Positions 27,801 through 43,252 of a stretch of 64,000 nucleotides of DNA are shown here, one piece after another. The notes beneath the pieces were generated by a model, which made no database searches, was not told the origin of the DNA, and worked only from the letters and a program-made list of their open reading frames with translations. The DNA is taken from the NCBI GenBank assembly GCA_964016885.1, contig OZ024742.1, forward strand, positions 23,746,001-23,810,000. Reading direction: 5' to 3'. Position 1 is the stretch's first letter. Each line of letters begins with the position of its first letter. The translations under genes and the position numbers were made by a program. The DNA is from Eledone cirrhosa (lineage: Eukaryota).

Positions 27801-29628
27801 AAAAGGATTATTGGAACCCAAGCCGAGCCGTTAAATGGACGGATGAACTCTTCTCAGTCAACGTCCACCCACCCCAACTACGGGTTAAATAGCCTCACTA
27901 ACTCGTAAATGCTTCGGTTAGAGGATATTTTTTTTTCACTCTCCCATCAGACTTAAACGCCAAGGAAAACAATCATGGACATTGTTTTATTCAGAAAGAA
28001 ATATTAAGACTAAGGTGCTTTTTCAGAACTATTGATCATCATGTCTACTAGCAGCAGTAATTGCTTTATATCTTGACACTAGCTCAATTTTGCGTAAATG
28101 ATCAAGATACTTAGTTTCAGAAATCCTCAGTTACCTAATCCGTAAACAGGTACTATAGGGTGGTATATGAATCATTGCTAGATGCATCAGTAGAACTGAC
28201 CAGCTCTAACTTCAATTCCTGAAGCTGTGAAACCTTACCTGCGATATGTAAATGTCCTATCAAGGTTAAAACTGTACCTCACTAGTTTAACATTACAGAA
28301 ACTAAGTGTTTAATAACAGTCATATCAAATGCCATAACCTCCCCCAGACGTTTTCCCGACGGCCTGGAAGCAATTTATAATGCTGCAAAGGACTCCTTGG
28401 TCTGGTTCGCCAGTCTCGACCTCCCTCTCAATTGTGAATACGTCATACGACAAGTAAATGTGTCGTAATTTGGAAAGGATTTACTCTAAATATAAACTAT
28501 AATAAAGTAAGGAGTGGGGGACTGCGTCCAGAATATATTTTTTTATCCCGTTTGTAAAATAATTTGGATTACTTTGAATAAATAATGAATGAATATTACA
28601 TAATTTATCTAGTAATTTTCGTTATTCTTGATTAAATATAAATAATTTGGTTGCTTATTTTAAGATTCACTTCTTAACATTTTCAAATGTGAACACTTCG
28701 TTTAGCGATTGCTTCCGTCACTAATTTTCTCCTAATGCAGTTTATATATAATAACGTCTTTTTTTAATGTATAATGACTTACGTTACTGATTACTTAAGA
28801 CAGTGTAACGCAGTCTTCGTTCAATTTCTGTGTATATTGTCAATTACAATTTTATATGATGTATCATATCTACATGCATATCAATATCAATATGCACACT
28901 ACACATGCTAGCAGAAAACCACCCGAACGGTGGTTTTTCTGCTAGTAACTTTAAAAGATTTATCCTAAGTGTTTTTATGTATCACATTGAGTATGGCTAC
29001 ATACGTGTGTTTACTAAATGAAACACACGAACATATCACATATCACACTGACGCAAAATATGTGTTTAATAAAACAAACAGGCATCCATCAAACTTACTT
29101 CAATGTTTACTATAGAAACCATAATGTAATGTTTCTGATATTATATTAACAGGGCGGTGGATTTGCAGTATCGGTAAAGTGTCGGACACCATGCTTTTCA
29201 GCATAAAGTGTTTGCCCTTTACGTTCTGAGTTCAAGTCTCACTGAGCGAAGCTTTGCCTTTCATCCTTACGGAGTCGATAAAATAAAATACCAGTGATGC
29301 ACTCGGGTGAATTTAATGAGGTTCCCTCAAAAAACATTGGTGGTTTTGTGCCTATAGTAGATATCGTTATTATTACGTATTGCCAATGCTTTTATTCTTC
29401 TAAAGCTTTGATGAGAAGATTTCAGTTATGTCTGAAAACAGAATAACCTGTTTTTCATAGAACGGTAAAATATAATGAAACAAAACAGGCCAGACTCGTG
29501 ATTCTAATCACAAAGAGAGAAAAACATGACGTTTAAACATTTAACAATAGCCACTACATATCACTACATAGCTAAAAACCCCATAGAGTTGTACATTTAT
29601 GTTGCATCTCTCTCTCCCTCTCTCTATT

Positions 29629-29711
<83 letters not shown>

Positions 29712-30441
29712 ACACACACACACACACACATATATATATACGGGGTAACAAATAATAGTTAAATGCAGTCCACTTAGGTAAAGTCCAGTTATGGTAATCC
29801 AGGTAGTGGATGATATTAACGCTTGGCTTGGTTTGACTCAACAAGGCGTTTTCATAGTGATGCTGCGGGTATGCCGTAATTCCTATGTTGTAAACACTTG
29901 GGGTAATAATAAATCAGGAAAGAAGGTTGACATGGTTTGCTATACAAAAAAGGTTTTTAATCTCATAGCTGAAAATTGTTTCTCTGAACTCGTAGGTCTA
30001 TTCGCTTATTTTCACGTTACTCGATCGTCAATACAAAATTATAACCAGTCAGATCTTCGGAGCATGCGAGAATGAAGAAAATACACAGGCAAGAAAAGAA
30101 TATACAGGCTACTATATGCAGTAGTAATGGCATTCAATTAGAACAATAACAACAATTACAACAATGCTATTAATAAATTATTTGAGGAGACCCTGACATT
30201 ACTTAGGTGGGGGGTATAATGTATCTAACGTTACGGCGTGTAAAACTAGCTGTCATGAGGCAAAAGTAAGAGTTTGGCATGTACAGAGTATCGAAGTGTG
30301 TATCAATTTTAAATTATAAAGATAAGCCAGTGTTTACAGTCTTTCTTTTCATCTTCAATAGTATACATGAGTGGGACAACACTGTCAAAGCTAAATAGTT
30401 GTTGAGTTAATACAGAGGTTAACGAAGTAATATACGCATAT

Positions 30442-30549
<108 letters not shown>

Positions 30550-30861
30550 GCATGTGTACATAGACACATACATACACATCAATATACACTCGTACAAAAA
30601 TATACATACATGCAAAGAGATAAGCGTGCTAATTGCAATTATGGCAAAAGGAAGGTAAAGTTACATTGTAGTAGTGATTTGAGAAAAACTAGGATTTAGG
30701 ATCAAATGATGGCAGCAGCTGAGAAGGAATAAATTTGTGGGTAGATGAGGTACTTACAGACATGTGTGTGGTATCGACTTGTGAAGGATATAGTATACTT
30801 AATGAATATATTTCTGTGGGTAGTATATATCCTAATTAAAGCTATGTTGTGTTGGTTCGAT

Positions 30862-33263
30862 TCACGGAGGTTTGAATCTTATGAATATAGTGGCAATTCT
30901 ATGTCTGCAGAAGATAGATCTTTCTAACTTATTGTTAAGTAGCCTTTTTACATTTTTCAGGATATACAATAGCTCAAGATCACATAGCCCGCAGTGGGAC
31001 ATCCCTGTACTATAGGTTTTAGCAGCCGACAACTTCGACCAGTTGATACTGTAGTTAGTTCTGCTGTCCTTCAGTTCCCATATTTTTTTGGCGAGGGTTG
31101 TGGAACCCTTAAGTGCACGGTTTTTCATTGAGGGTATGTGCACATACCATCTTTTTTTAAAAGAACCCGCGGTGGATCCTATGTAATTCCAGGTGGAGTT
31201 ACCCGAGATGACCGTGCACATGTACACTAGGCTCGAATCGAGACATCTGTTCGCCAATGAGCACCTATCTGGTAGGTGACAGTTACAGTTTGAGGCGCTA
31301 TTTTGTGCAGCTTTTACATTCCTGTCTAGTACTCTGTTATAAGTGGGTTGTGATATATGCCCAATGTGGTTTTGCTGCTGCGCGTTTGTATGCGCTTGTG
31401 GTTGTGATGTTATGATGTGTTTGTGCTTATAATTTGGTGATACGTTATGTATAGGTGCAGTTGATTTACTAGAGATATTTCTGTTGTTGACCTTGCGTAT
31501 GTGTGATTCTATGTTAGCTGCTGTTGAGTATGAGAGTTTTATAGTAGATCTATTGAGTATTTTGTGATATCTATGCGAGATAGGGAAGTGTTTATCTATT
31601 AGTTTAAAGAATGTAGAGGGCAGTCTAGTTTTTATAGAGGAGTTGAATATTGGGTTGAACCATAGGTATTTTCTTTGTCTGTTTCTTCTATTGTTTCTTG
31701 GGTTTACGTTATTAGTGTTTTGGCCGTTTACTCCAGGTGTTACGTGTCTAACTCTATGTCTAGTCAAGCTATTCCTATTATTATGTGAGCGGTTGGAGTA
31801 GTAATTACTAGGATTGTTTACGTTGTCCTTAGTCACTATATACTGCAGTTTATCTTTATGACCGGCGCTACATAATGCTGCATTATAATAGTCAGCATGC
31901 TCGTTAAAGATTTCTAGGTTTGAGGATAAGCGGGATATTTGGAGGGATATACTACGTGCTATGGATCTAATTATGGATTTGGGGTGATTTGAGTTGTAAC
32001 TAATGTAGGCAAGATTTTCATTAATTTTGTGGAAAGGTTCTATTAATCCAGTATTTAGATTTAGATCACGTCTAGAAAATGTACCATCTTATGGTTTAGT
32101 TCGTAGGTAATACTTAGGCCTAGTTTTTTAAAGAATATTCTAATATTTTGTCTTAGTCTTTCCATGCTCTGGTTGTTTAGGTTCCTAGCTATAAGTAACG
32201 TGTCGTCCCTATAAATTCCTCCTTGGAGGTTACTGAATTCCTTATGTAGGTTGTGTGCTATGAATATCCCCGCGATATCTGTGATTTGCACAGAATCATT
32301 TGATCCCATTGTTATATCGAAGCTATTTATTCTATCCTTTCTTACCCAGTAGCTATTTTCAAATTTTATGATAGTCCTTCTAGCCGCTATTATTATTTCA
32401 ATTTCATCATGGGTAAGATCAGAGTTATTTTGGGCAAATATAAGCGCCTTATCTAGGGTAGCTGGGGATATGGATGCATAGTAGTCGTGTATATCAAATT
32501 GTATGAAGTTACACGTCTCCCTATATTGTATTTTATTGAACCATTTAATTGCCTCGTTAGTGTTGCCCCATAAATTGATTTCTAGTTTACCCTTTATTTG
32601 TGCGATTCCCCTATATAGAATGTTCTTGCTAATTTTACCTATGTCTGACTTGGATTGGCATATTAATCTAATGGTGGGATTAGTTTCAAAGTTATTTTTG
32701 TGATCCTTCAGGTTAAATGTTGGGTTGCACGGGGTTAGCGGTTCGGTCCTATCTGAAATTCCGAGTTTATTAACTATCTTGAGGCCCTCCATGTTAATGC
32801 TGGTGAGTGTAGATTCATTTGTTTTTTTATATTTTTTATGTAGTTCACGCTGGATAAAGCTATTGTATGTGTTAATGTCCATAGAGTATACGTTTGATGT
32901 TTTGTCTGCTTTTACTATGATACCCTTAGTGTCTTTTAGTTTTTTTAGTAATGTATTTAAGTCATTTTGCAATTTGTTGTGATTTGTTCCTTTTTTAAAT
33001 TTAGTTTCACTTATCATGTTCATAAGGTCCAGCTCGAAGGCATCGAGTGCGGGGTTGTTTGGCGGGTTTTTGCAGGATTTAAACCCGTAATTCTCCTTAG
33101 AAAATTCCTTTCTGTTGGTATTCGGTCCCTTATCGAAATGGTAAGCTTTCCATCGGACCCTGCGGATGAAATCATTAGTCCGTCGTATCATACCCAGTGT
33201 ATAGTCCTTTTTTGTAGGTATAGGTATGTTTTTCAGTGACATACCTATACGGTGCTTCTCCAT
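30862..33263 (-). pseudogene. PLE RT-GIY-YIG polyprotein (~800 aa) with one frameshift near 32063
   Basis: Motifs SLKNIPIP..RWKA, KADKT, QFDIHDYY, TMGS, IYRDD, FLDV, then WFNP, CNC..C, LVY..YIGST, CGLC, CRH. Sequence after FLDV continues in the shifted frame as LNLNTG..SNHP into the 324-aa ORF. Confidence 0.9.
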
Positions 33264-34025
33264 GTTGTTGCCATGCGTTAATGGTGTTGCTCGACCAGGT
33301 GGGAGCTAAATATACGGGGTAACAAATAATAGTTAAATGCAGTCCACTTAGGTAAAGTCCAGTTATGGTATTCCAGGTAGTGGATGATATTAACGCTTGG
33401 CTTGGTTTGACTCAACAAGGCGTTTTCATAGTGATGCTGCGGGTATGCCGTAATTCCTATGTTGTAAACACTTGGAGTAATAATAAATCAGGAAAGAAGG
33501 TTGACATGGTTTGCTATACAAAAAAGGTTTTTAATCTCATAGCTGACAATTGTTTCTCTGAACTGGTAGGTCTAGAGATCACTATTCGCTTATTTTCACG
33601 TTACTCGATCGCCAATACAAAATTATAACCAGTCAGATCTACGGAGCATGCGAGAATGAAGAAAATACACAGGCAAGAAAAGAATATACAGGCTACTATA
33701 TGAAGTAGTAATGGCATTAAATTAGAACAATAACAACAATTACAACAATGCTATTAATAAATTATTTGAGGAGACCCTGACATTACTTAGGTGGGGGATA
33801 TAATGTATCTAACGTTACGGCGTGTAAAACTAGCTGTCATGAGGCAAAAGTAAGAGTTTGGCATGTACAGAGTATCGAAGTGTGTATCAATTTTAAATTA
33901 TAAAGATAAGCCAGTGTTTACAGTCTTTCTTTTCATCTTCAATAGTATACATGAGTGGGACAACACTGTCAAAGCTAAATAGTTGTTGAGTTAATACAGA
34001 GGTTAACGAAGTAATATACGCATAT

Positions 34026-34201
<176 letters not shown>

Positions 34202-34604
34202 GCATGTGTACATAGACACATACATACACATCAATATACACTCGTACAAAAATATACATACATGCAAAGAGATAAGCGTGCTAATTGCAATTATGGCAAA
34301 AGGAAGGTAAAGTTACATTGTAGTAGTGATTTGAGAAAAACTGGCTTATCTTTATAATTTAAAATTTATACACACTTCGATACTCTGTACATGCCAAACT
34401 CTTACTTTTGCCTCATGACAGCTAGTTTTACACGCCGTAACGTTAGATACATTATACCCCCCACCTAAGTAATGTCAGGGTCTCCTCAAATAATTTATTA
34501 ATAGCATTGTTGTAATTGTTGTTATTGTTCTAATTGAATGCCATTACTACTTCATATAGTAGCCTGTATATTCTTTTCTTGCCTGTGTATTTTCTTCATT
34601 CTCG

Positions 34605-34717
34605 CATGCTCCGAAGATCTGACTGGTTATAATTTTGTATTGGCGAACGAGTAACGCGAAAATAAGCGTATAGCGATCTCTAGACCTACCAGTTCAGAGA
34701 AACAATTGTCAGCTATG
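34605..34717 (+). ncRNA. Hammerhead of PLE1 pLTR (CCGAAGA core, large stem II insertion); other copies at 29964-30066(-) and 33538-33650(-)
   Basis: CATGCT-CCGAAGA-TCTGACTGGT...ACCAGTTCAGA-GAAA-CAATTG-TC-AGCTATG; palindromic stem III ACAATTGT; GUC site. Confidence 0.75.
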
Positions 34718-34766
34718 AGATTAAAAACCTTTTTTGTATAGCAAACCATGTCAACCTTCTTTCCTG

Positions 34767-34804
<38 letters not shown>

Positions 34805-35132
34805 TATGGCTGTAATCTCTGCTAAGGCTATTGCAATTGCCTGTCAGATAATAAAATTTGGTGTACTTTTAGGCTACGGCCAGTCACACGAACCTGTAAC
34901 ATATCCTGAACAAGCAATGCCGTTGTTTTGAAAGTTTTAAGTGGGGAAAGGCCTTGCACTCGATCAATCCCACTCTCTGAGCATCGAAAACACTACCTGA
35001 AAAGGAGAACTGGTCAACGTCATCGGATGCTTTTCAGAGTTTCCCTCCAGGTGAAAAACAAACAAAAAACAAAAAACAAAAAACACACTACTATTTGGAT
35101 GGCCGTTGACTCAGCTGAGTTCCCCCGTCCTA

Positions 35133-35279
<147 letters not shown>

Positions 35280-35353
35280 TTAATGGTATCTAAGATGCTT
35301 CCATAGGCGGTATGCTAGTTGAGCACTCTATGTTCTTACAGAGAAGAGTGTGA

Positions 35354-35612
35354 TATAATATAAAACGAAAAATCAGTGATGCATCTGGACTCAGTTTATT
35401 GTGTGTTAGCCGGCAGATAGCTCGAGACACGATCATTGTATGGATTTGTGAGAACATTTGTTCCGACAGTATTGCATGTGTCAGAAGAACTTGCTGATCT
35501 AGAATCAAACAGATCCATACAATGATCGTGTCTCGAGCTATCTGGCGGCGAAACAATTGTAACACACAATAAACTGAGTCCAGATGCATCACTGATTTTT
35601 CGTTTTATATTA
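35354..35612. mobile_element. Inverted pLTR-type fragment with degenerate hammerhead (35477-35566, +)
   Basis: ~95-bp inverted arms; TGTGT-CAGAAGA...GGCGGC-GAAA-CAATTG-TA-ACACA. Confidence 0.65.
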
Positions 35613-35670
35613 TATATATATATATATATATATAATTCGTCGCAACACTGATTCTTTCTCCGTTTCTTAT

Positions 35671-35742
<72 letters not shown>

Positions 35743-35791
35743 AACATACATACTTATAAATATATATATATATATATATATACATACATAC

Positions 35792-35916
<125 letters not shown>

Positions 35917-35926
35917 ACATACACAT

Positions 35927-35965
<39 letters not shown>

Positions 35966-35973
35966 TGTGTATC

Positions 35974-36073
<100 letters not shown>

Positions 36074-36419
36074 AGTATATATATACATAAATATATATAT
36101 ACATACATACACACACATACATATATATATATATATGCACATATACACACGCACACATATATATATATGGATATGTTACATAATATTATTGTGAAACTCA
36201 GCTTCAAATTAAGAAGCAGCATGTCCCAATTTAAGACTTGTGTCGAACAATTGTGATGGAATTAATAAAATATTCCCAAAGCTTAAGCAATTATTCACGC
36301 ACATGATCTAACAGAATTAAACCTCTCCATTAATCACTACCTTTCCTGTCTATCTCTCTCTCTATTTATATATTCGCTCTTACACTCCTCCATCTCTCTC
36401 CATCTCTCTAGTTATCTAT

Positions 36420-36577
36420 CTCTTTTTCTATCCCCCTTTACATTTTCGCAATCTCTCTAACTATTTGTCTCACTATCTCTCTTTACCCCTCTCTATATTG
36501 CTGTTGCAATCTCTCTAACTATCTGTCTCACTATCTCTCTTTACACCTCTCTATATTGCTGTCGCCATCTTTCTAAT

Positions 36578-36632
<55 letters not shown>

Positions 36633-36725
36633 TTACACCTCTCTATATTGCTGTCGCCATCTTTCTAATTATATGTCTCTCTCTCTCTCTATCTATCTCT
36701 CTTTACATCTCTCTAACTATCTCTC
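36420..36725. repeat. CT-rich minisatellite
   Basis: Recurring TCTCTTTACACCTCTCTATATTGCTGTCGCCATC unit. Confidence 0.7.
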
Positions 36726-38009
36726 TATCTTTCTACCTCGCTATCTATTTATCTGTCTATCTCTGTTTACAGCCCTCTCCATCTATCTACCTCTCTATCT
36801 ATCTCCATAACTCTATGTATCTAATTCTCTCTCTCTGTACACCCCACTCTCCCTTTAGCCCCATCTCTCCGCCTTTTTAGTTATTAACAGAAATCTTATA
36901 CGTAGAATATTTCATTGCATGTATCAGAATTTCCAGAGCAGTTATTTTAATACGTATTATACAGTTGGGATATGAAAATATGTATGGAGCCAGAATATAC
37001 ACAAGGTTTCTTTAATATATTCAACTGGGTGAAGGAGGGGGACTGGTATTGATTGCGCATTGAAACAACAGAATGAGTTATGACATAGAAGTCTTTAATA
37101 ATAATGATAATAATTATAACAGGGGGAATTTGTCAATCACCTTCCTTTCTGTTCACCTTCACTCAGCTGAATTTTCTCCGAATGTGAATGTTCGATTTTA
37201 TTCGGAATCCGGATCGCCAAATCTGCCGCATTTTCTGGGGAATCACTTCTATAGCTGTCGATAGATCATTAGTGTTGTATTTATCAATCATCTTGTCCCC
37301 TAAGTGATTCTGCCCTTTCTTCTCTATCTCCGCCTCAATAACTTCCCGATAATGCAATTTTAGAAGATTACCCCCTAAGGGCCAATGTAGCGTTGCCTTG
37401 ATGGCCTTCAATTTGAAATCTTATATGTCATATGGGAATTTCTCCAGCAATTATTTAGAGGCTTGTATTACTCATATGGAATAAACATCCGTTGGTGTTT
37501 ACCATCTGGGTGGTTTGGAGCAATGCAAAATAAACGATACGTGCTAGTAACTACACAGCACTAGCACAAATTTTACCATGAAAACGAAACTTTGAAAGGC
37601 AAATCATAGCTGAAACTGGTCACTAAAAATGCAATGCAAATGAGATAACCATGATTCTTTCTGAAAAACCAATTTTGTTTTTTTCTGAAGCCCAAAACTA
37701 TAATTTAATTAATTGCAGGAGCTGGTGCACCAATGCACCAGCTTCAGCACTCTATCATCAGAAGAATATAGCTAGTTGTAATAAGCCATCTACGTTGTCC
37801 CTGCCTACCTATGGTCAGATATTGTAGGTAATGAGCGGAATAATAGGATCGCGAATCCTCAGCTCTTTGCAGTAACGTTACACTATAGAATGCATAGCCC
37901 GGACATCAGAGTCGCTCCAGGTAGGATCCTTATTTACTTTGTTTTTTATTCAGAGATCACATCTTTAGTACTACGGACATGTTGTTACAATGAATGTCTA
38001 AGGAAACAA

Positions 38010-38215
38010 TCGCTGCAGGGATATTACGGGCAAAGCGAGCTGGCAGGAGATCCAGAGATAAACCACGATCAAGATGATTGAATAACATCTATGAGCTTAA
38101 TTGGTCTCGCTTGGAGATCCACCCGAATCTGTTGGAGATGGTTGGTTCTGATAGGACTACCCCAGGAAGACGTGCCTAACGATTTTGTCCCCATGGCCAT
38201 TTCAGCACAAGGAGA
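38010..38215 (+). mobile_element. RTE-like 3' remnant
   Basis: Diverged counterpart of 12290-12470 in the opposite orientation. Confidence 0.4.
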
Positions 38216-38306
38216 GAGTGGACTTTATCGGCCCCATTGCTTAAATCGTATTTTTTTTCTATTGAAGAAGAAGAAGAAGAAGAAGAAGAAGAAGAAGAAG
38301 AAGAAG

Positions 38307-38337
<31 letters not shown>

Positions 38338-38384
38338 GTATATAAAACATTAACTGCACTTTTATTATTATTTATATATATATA

Positions 38385-38435
<51 letters not shown>

Positions 38436-38982
38436 AGTGTAAGTTTCTACACAAAACGAAGGTTATAGAGAAAATTGAGGTTGGTAATGGCACATGGAAT
38501 ATATAAGAGACAGAATACTTTTTTGTGAAAAAACATAATTTTATAAGATAAGGAAGGAATAAAGGGTATAAAAAATTACCGGTTTCGATGGGTCTGCAAA
38601 AGCCATCTTTTCAAATGTTGATTAATATTAAGAAAAATTAATAATAAGAAGAGTTAAAATTTGAGATTTGAAAATTCAAGTATAAAATTCAGTGTGGGAT
38701 TTCATAGTAGTTTTCATCTTGGTAGCAGCAAGCTGACTGCTGTGTGTCCCCTTCTGGCAGTGAATGAGGAATTATTTGTGGGGAGTGGTTCTTTTCAAGG
38801 TCAGATTTAGCAATGGCTAGATGGCCAGCTGCTGGTCAGTGAGGGGAGGGGGTGGAAGCATATATACATACATACATCTCCATGTGGTCGGTAGGAGAGG
38901 GGAGAGTGATAGAAAGGGATTTAGTGCACTTACAGCCATATATACACATACCCTCGTCCACACACACATACATATACATATG

Positions 38983-39034
<52 letters not shown>

Positions 39035-39749
39035 TACAGACACACACATATACATACACACATACACACACACAGACACACACACACATATATATATACA
39101 TACACACACATCCAGATACACACATACATACACACACATACACATATATATATATACACACACATACACACATATATACATGCACACATACAAACACACA
39201 CACACACATATATACACATACACACACATATATATACACACACACACACACACACATATATACATACGCATACATCCAGATAGACACATACATACACTCA
39301 CACACACATACATACACATACATACATCCACATGCACACACATACACACACACACACATACACATACATACACCCACACACAGAGAAATGGCCTCCAAAT
39401 ATATATATATACATACATACACATATTTTTTCCATAATATAAGAAGTTAGAACAGTGAAATTAAAATACAAGTCATTCTGATCACTTTGAGTTCTTCATG
39501 TAGATTGGGCCCCGCAACCGACAGTGGTGAATTCTGTGTGCGCATATATATATAGATATATGTGTGTGCACGTGCAGGGTTTAACATGGATGTGTTGGTC
39601 ACACAAAGGCATGGTCTGTCAAAGAATAAACCTGATTCTACAGAATTGGTCTCTGGTCTTTAATAGTAGTGATAATTATATACAAGCACACATACACACA
39701 CATATATCTGTCACTCCGTGCGTATGTGTGTTTATATTTTATGACAATT

Positions 39750-42700
39750 CTATTGGGGTGATAACCCGTTTAGTTTTGATTTAAATTTGTTAAGGAATAG
39801 ATTTTCTTTGTTTATTCTTTGTGGCTGTGTGAACGAATCTGAGCACTTGTAGAAGGGGAAGATTTTAAAGTTGGGTAGTGTCATTCCTGCGCAGTTCGCA
39901 ATATGGCTGTTCAAGGGGATTTTTCTTGTGTTAGCGTCCCGGATTTGTTGGCGGTGGATGGTCATTCTTTTGCGTAATGATGCCCGTCTGTCCTATGTAG
40001 TTGTGTTTGCACCCGCCGCAAGTTATTGCGTAAATCAAGTTCTGCGAGTTGCGGTGAAATTGTTTTTTACTGTAAATGTTTGGCCATCTTTAAATGTAAA
40101 TTTTTGTCCTTCAGTGAGGTAGAGGCACGTTCCACAGTTTGTTCTACCACATTTGGTAACTGTAGGGTTGAGGATTGGTTTGGGTATATTTGGTCCAGTG
40201 AGAATGCGTTTTAGTGATTTGGGTTGTCTTTTACTTTTAAGGATCTTGTGTGTTTCAAGAATAGACTTCATTTTTACATCTTTAAGTAGGATGGGGAGGT
40301 TTTTGTGTAGGTGATCAAACATTTCGGTATTTCTGGGGTTGAAAGTGGATACATATGGCAGGGTGTTAAGTGTGGTTTTCTGTTTTGGATTGTTAAGTTG
40401 ATGGGGATTTAGGTGTTTTGCCCTGTCTATTCCATTGTTGATTATTTCAAGTGGAAAGGCTCTTAAGTCTTTTAGTTCCTTTAGTCTTTGCTCCCGTTTA
40501 GGTGGATCTGATACTATGGTACATATACGTTTGGCCAAATTGTAAGGAATGTTAAGTGTTGTATGTTTTGGGTGACTTGATGTGAAAAAGAGGTATTGCT
40601 TGGAATCTGTGGGTTTATAGAATATATCTGTATCTAATTTCCCGTCTATTACAGAGATGAGAATATCCAAGAAGGCTAATTCCTTGGGGTTGGATTCCAT
40701 TGTGAATTGTATGTTATTATCTATGTTGTTTATCATGTTTTTAAACATAGTAAGTGAGTTCATGTCTTCTTGCCATAGGATAAAGCAGTCGTCTAGATAT
40801 ATTTTCCAATTGGCTTTGAGGTGTGTGTGGAAAGAGTCTCCAAATAAGAGAAGGGACTGACTGTATATTTGTTGTTCATGGAATCCCATGACTAGGTTGG
40901 CATATGTGGGTGCTACTTTCGTGCCCATTGCAGTACCTGATACTTGTCTGTATGTTGAACCATTGAATGTGAAGTAGTTATTTTGTAGGATAAAGCGGAG
41001 TCCGTCAGTGATAAAATCTTTGTTGATGCGTGTCGGTATTTCTGATGGGTGTGTGTTAAGCCAGTATTGGACTGCTGTTATTCCATAGTTGTGGGGTATG
41101 TTTGTGTAGAGGTTTATTACGTCAAAGGAGACAAGAATTGTATTTGCATTTACTGTTTTAGGGAGGTGTTTCAGCATGTCAAGGTCATCTCGTATGTAGC
41201 TCTGTATATGTTGTAGAAAGGGTTTCAGTAGGATGTCCAGAATGTTGCTAAATCTGTGGGTTTCACATGTAGGGCCTGCTATAATTGGCCTGAGTTTTAG
41301 GTCTTCTGGTGGTGTTAGTTCAATGTAATTGTTGGTTGAGGTGTCACATGCATCGTTTATGGGTTTACATTTGTGGAGTTTCGGTAAGCCGTAAAAGGAG
41401 CTTGTATTGCATTTGAAGTGGCTTATATAGTTAAACTCTTTTGTGGTTAAGCTGTTGCGGTATTTATTCAGTAAGGTCAAAAGGTTCCCCATTGTTTTGG
41501 TGTGTTTGTAGTTTTATGTTTTTTCATAGTATGTGTTGTTTTCTAAAATGTTAAGTGCGAGGGTCCTATAGTAGTCCGTATTTATAATAACAGTACTGCC
41601 TTTATCGGCTTCTTTGATGGTTATCTCAGGGTTATTTCTAAGTGTGAATAATTCTTCCCATTCGTGTGTAGATAGGTTTGATTTCGTGTGTTTATTTGTA
41701 TTTTTTTCATAGGGAAAGTTGGTGATGTGTTCGCAGTACGTGTCCAGTGCTTTAATTCTTCCCTTTTGTGGGCAGAAATTGCTTTTATTTCTAACCAGTG
41801 ATTCGTCTTCAGTGTTAGTGTCGTTGTGGAAGAATTCCGTTAGTCGCAGCTTTCGGCAGAATTCTATGATGTCATCCTTCATTTCGGGGAAGTTTGGTTT
41901 ACGTGGTGTAGGTGTAAATTTCAGGCCCTTACTTAAAATGATTTGTGTGTTGGATAGAGGTGTCTTTGAGAGGTTGATTATTTTTGGTTTCTCCTGAGGG
42001 GGGGGGGGGGGGGGGCATCGAGTATCATGGTATTTCAGGCTTTTCCCTAAAAAAGGAATGTAGTTTTGTGTGTGATTATATTTTGTTGGTCTGTTGCGTG
42101 TGGGTCTGTAGCTTGTTGTTTCATGAGGGTGAATGTGATGGTGGGGGTGGTATGTGTTGTGGTTGTTAATGAGCAAGGGTTCTGTTGTTGGTTCATGTGG
42201 TCTGAGTGCGTTATTTCTGTGGTACAGAGTGTTGAGGTTGGGGGGTTGTCTTTTGTTGGATTGAGGGTGATGTCTGGTGTGGTTGTGGGTAAGTTCTGTT
42301 GTGATTTCAAGTGGTCTGGGTGGATTTCTTCTGAGGAATGTGGTGTGTGTGTTGTGAGTTGGATCTATGTTATTTCGTCGTTGGTTTATGTAGGGGGTAT
42401 TTCTACGGAAACCTATGTTGTGGTGGTTGGGTGTGTTTCTTTTGGTGTAGTTGGCCGTATTTGGTTTGTGTTGGTGGGGGTGTGCCTGTGGTTAGTGTGT
42501 GTTGGGTTTGGTGGTGTAAATGTGTCTGTTGTAGTTCTTGTTATGTTCAAATGCTTTATAAAGGGGTTACCTGTTTGGTGCGTCCTTTTAAAGTCTTCTT
42601 CATATTTGAGGAACCATTTTTCGGATTTTTCCCACCGTTTAAGGGAAATAATTTCTGCATTCTCGCAGTCCTGTTTCCACGATTTGATTAAATTTTGTAG

Positions 42701-43252
42701 GGTTGTTCCCTCGGCCTTTTTAGTGCATTCTTCCTCCATTTTTTTATCAGTATCCTTATACTCTTGCTCGTTGGAGGTGGCCCTTAATTTTAGGAGTTAT
42801 ATTTCCATGTTTATCCTGTTGAGTGACATTTGTTCACGGAGTTTTCTTTCTGGTTCAGCTTCGTTTGTAATATGCTTTATTTGGAATTTACGTGGTAAAA
42901 CTATCGGTGTTGAGTTAATCCATTTCTGGTAAATTCCAGCTTTGTTGAGGTTTTTTATAATATTCCAGAAAGTGAATTTTCTGGTTTTTAGATGTTTTTT
43001 CCAGAGGTGTCCCATTTGGTTTTTGATATGGAGCAATGTTTTCTGTTCTGTTTTGGTATTCATAAGTTTTTCGATGGAGTTGCATACGTTTTGAACGTTT
43101 AAATAAATTTGGTTATCAGTCGGTGTGGTGGTTTGGGGTATATCCTGTTTTTTTGTCAGAATGGTGAGTTTTCCATTTATCTCTTTTAGGATTTTCAGGA
43201 TTTCCTCATTTATATTGGAGTTTGAAGTTGTGTTGTCTTGTTCCAGTGCCAT
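39750..43252 (-). pseudogene. Neptune-like PLE polyprotein (N-terminal region, RT, Cys linker, GIY-YIG) with stops and frameshifts
   Basis: Motifs IINLS, LSKGLKFTPTP, KEADKG, FYGLPKLHK, LRPII, FDVINLYTNIP, GTAMGT, YLDD, FLD, CGRTNCGTC, and HRQQI..SHIANC. Confidence 0.9.

Noticed and set aside
28100-28470. Possible host exon or promoter on the minus strand (TGACGT, TATAAA, CAGGTAAG)
   Set aside because: Short motifs expected by chance; no supported ORF or homology.
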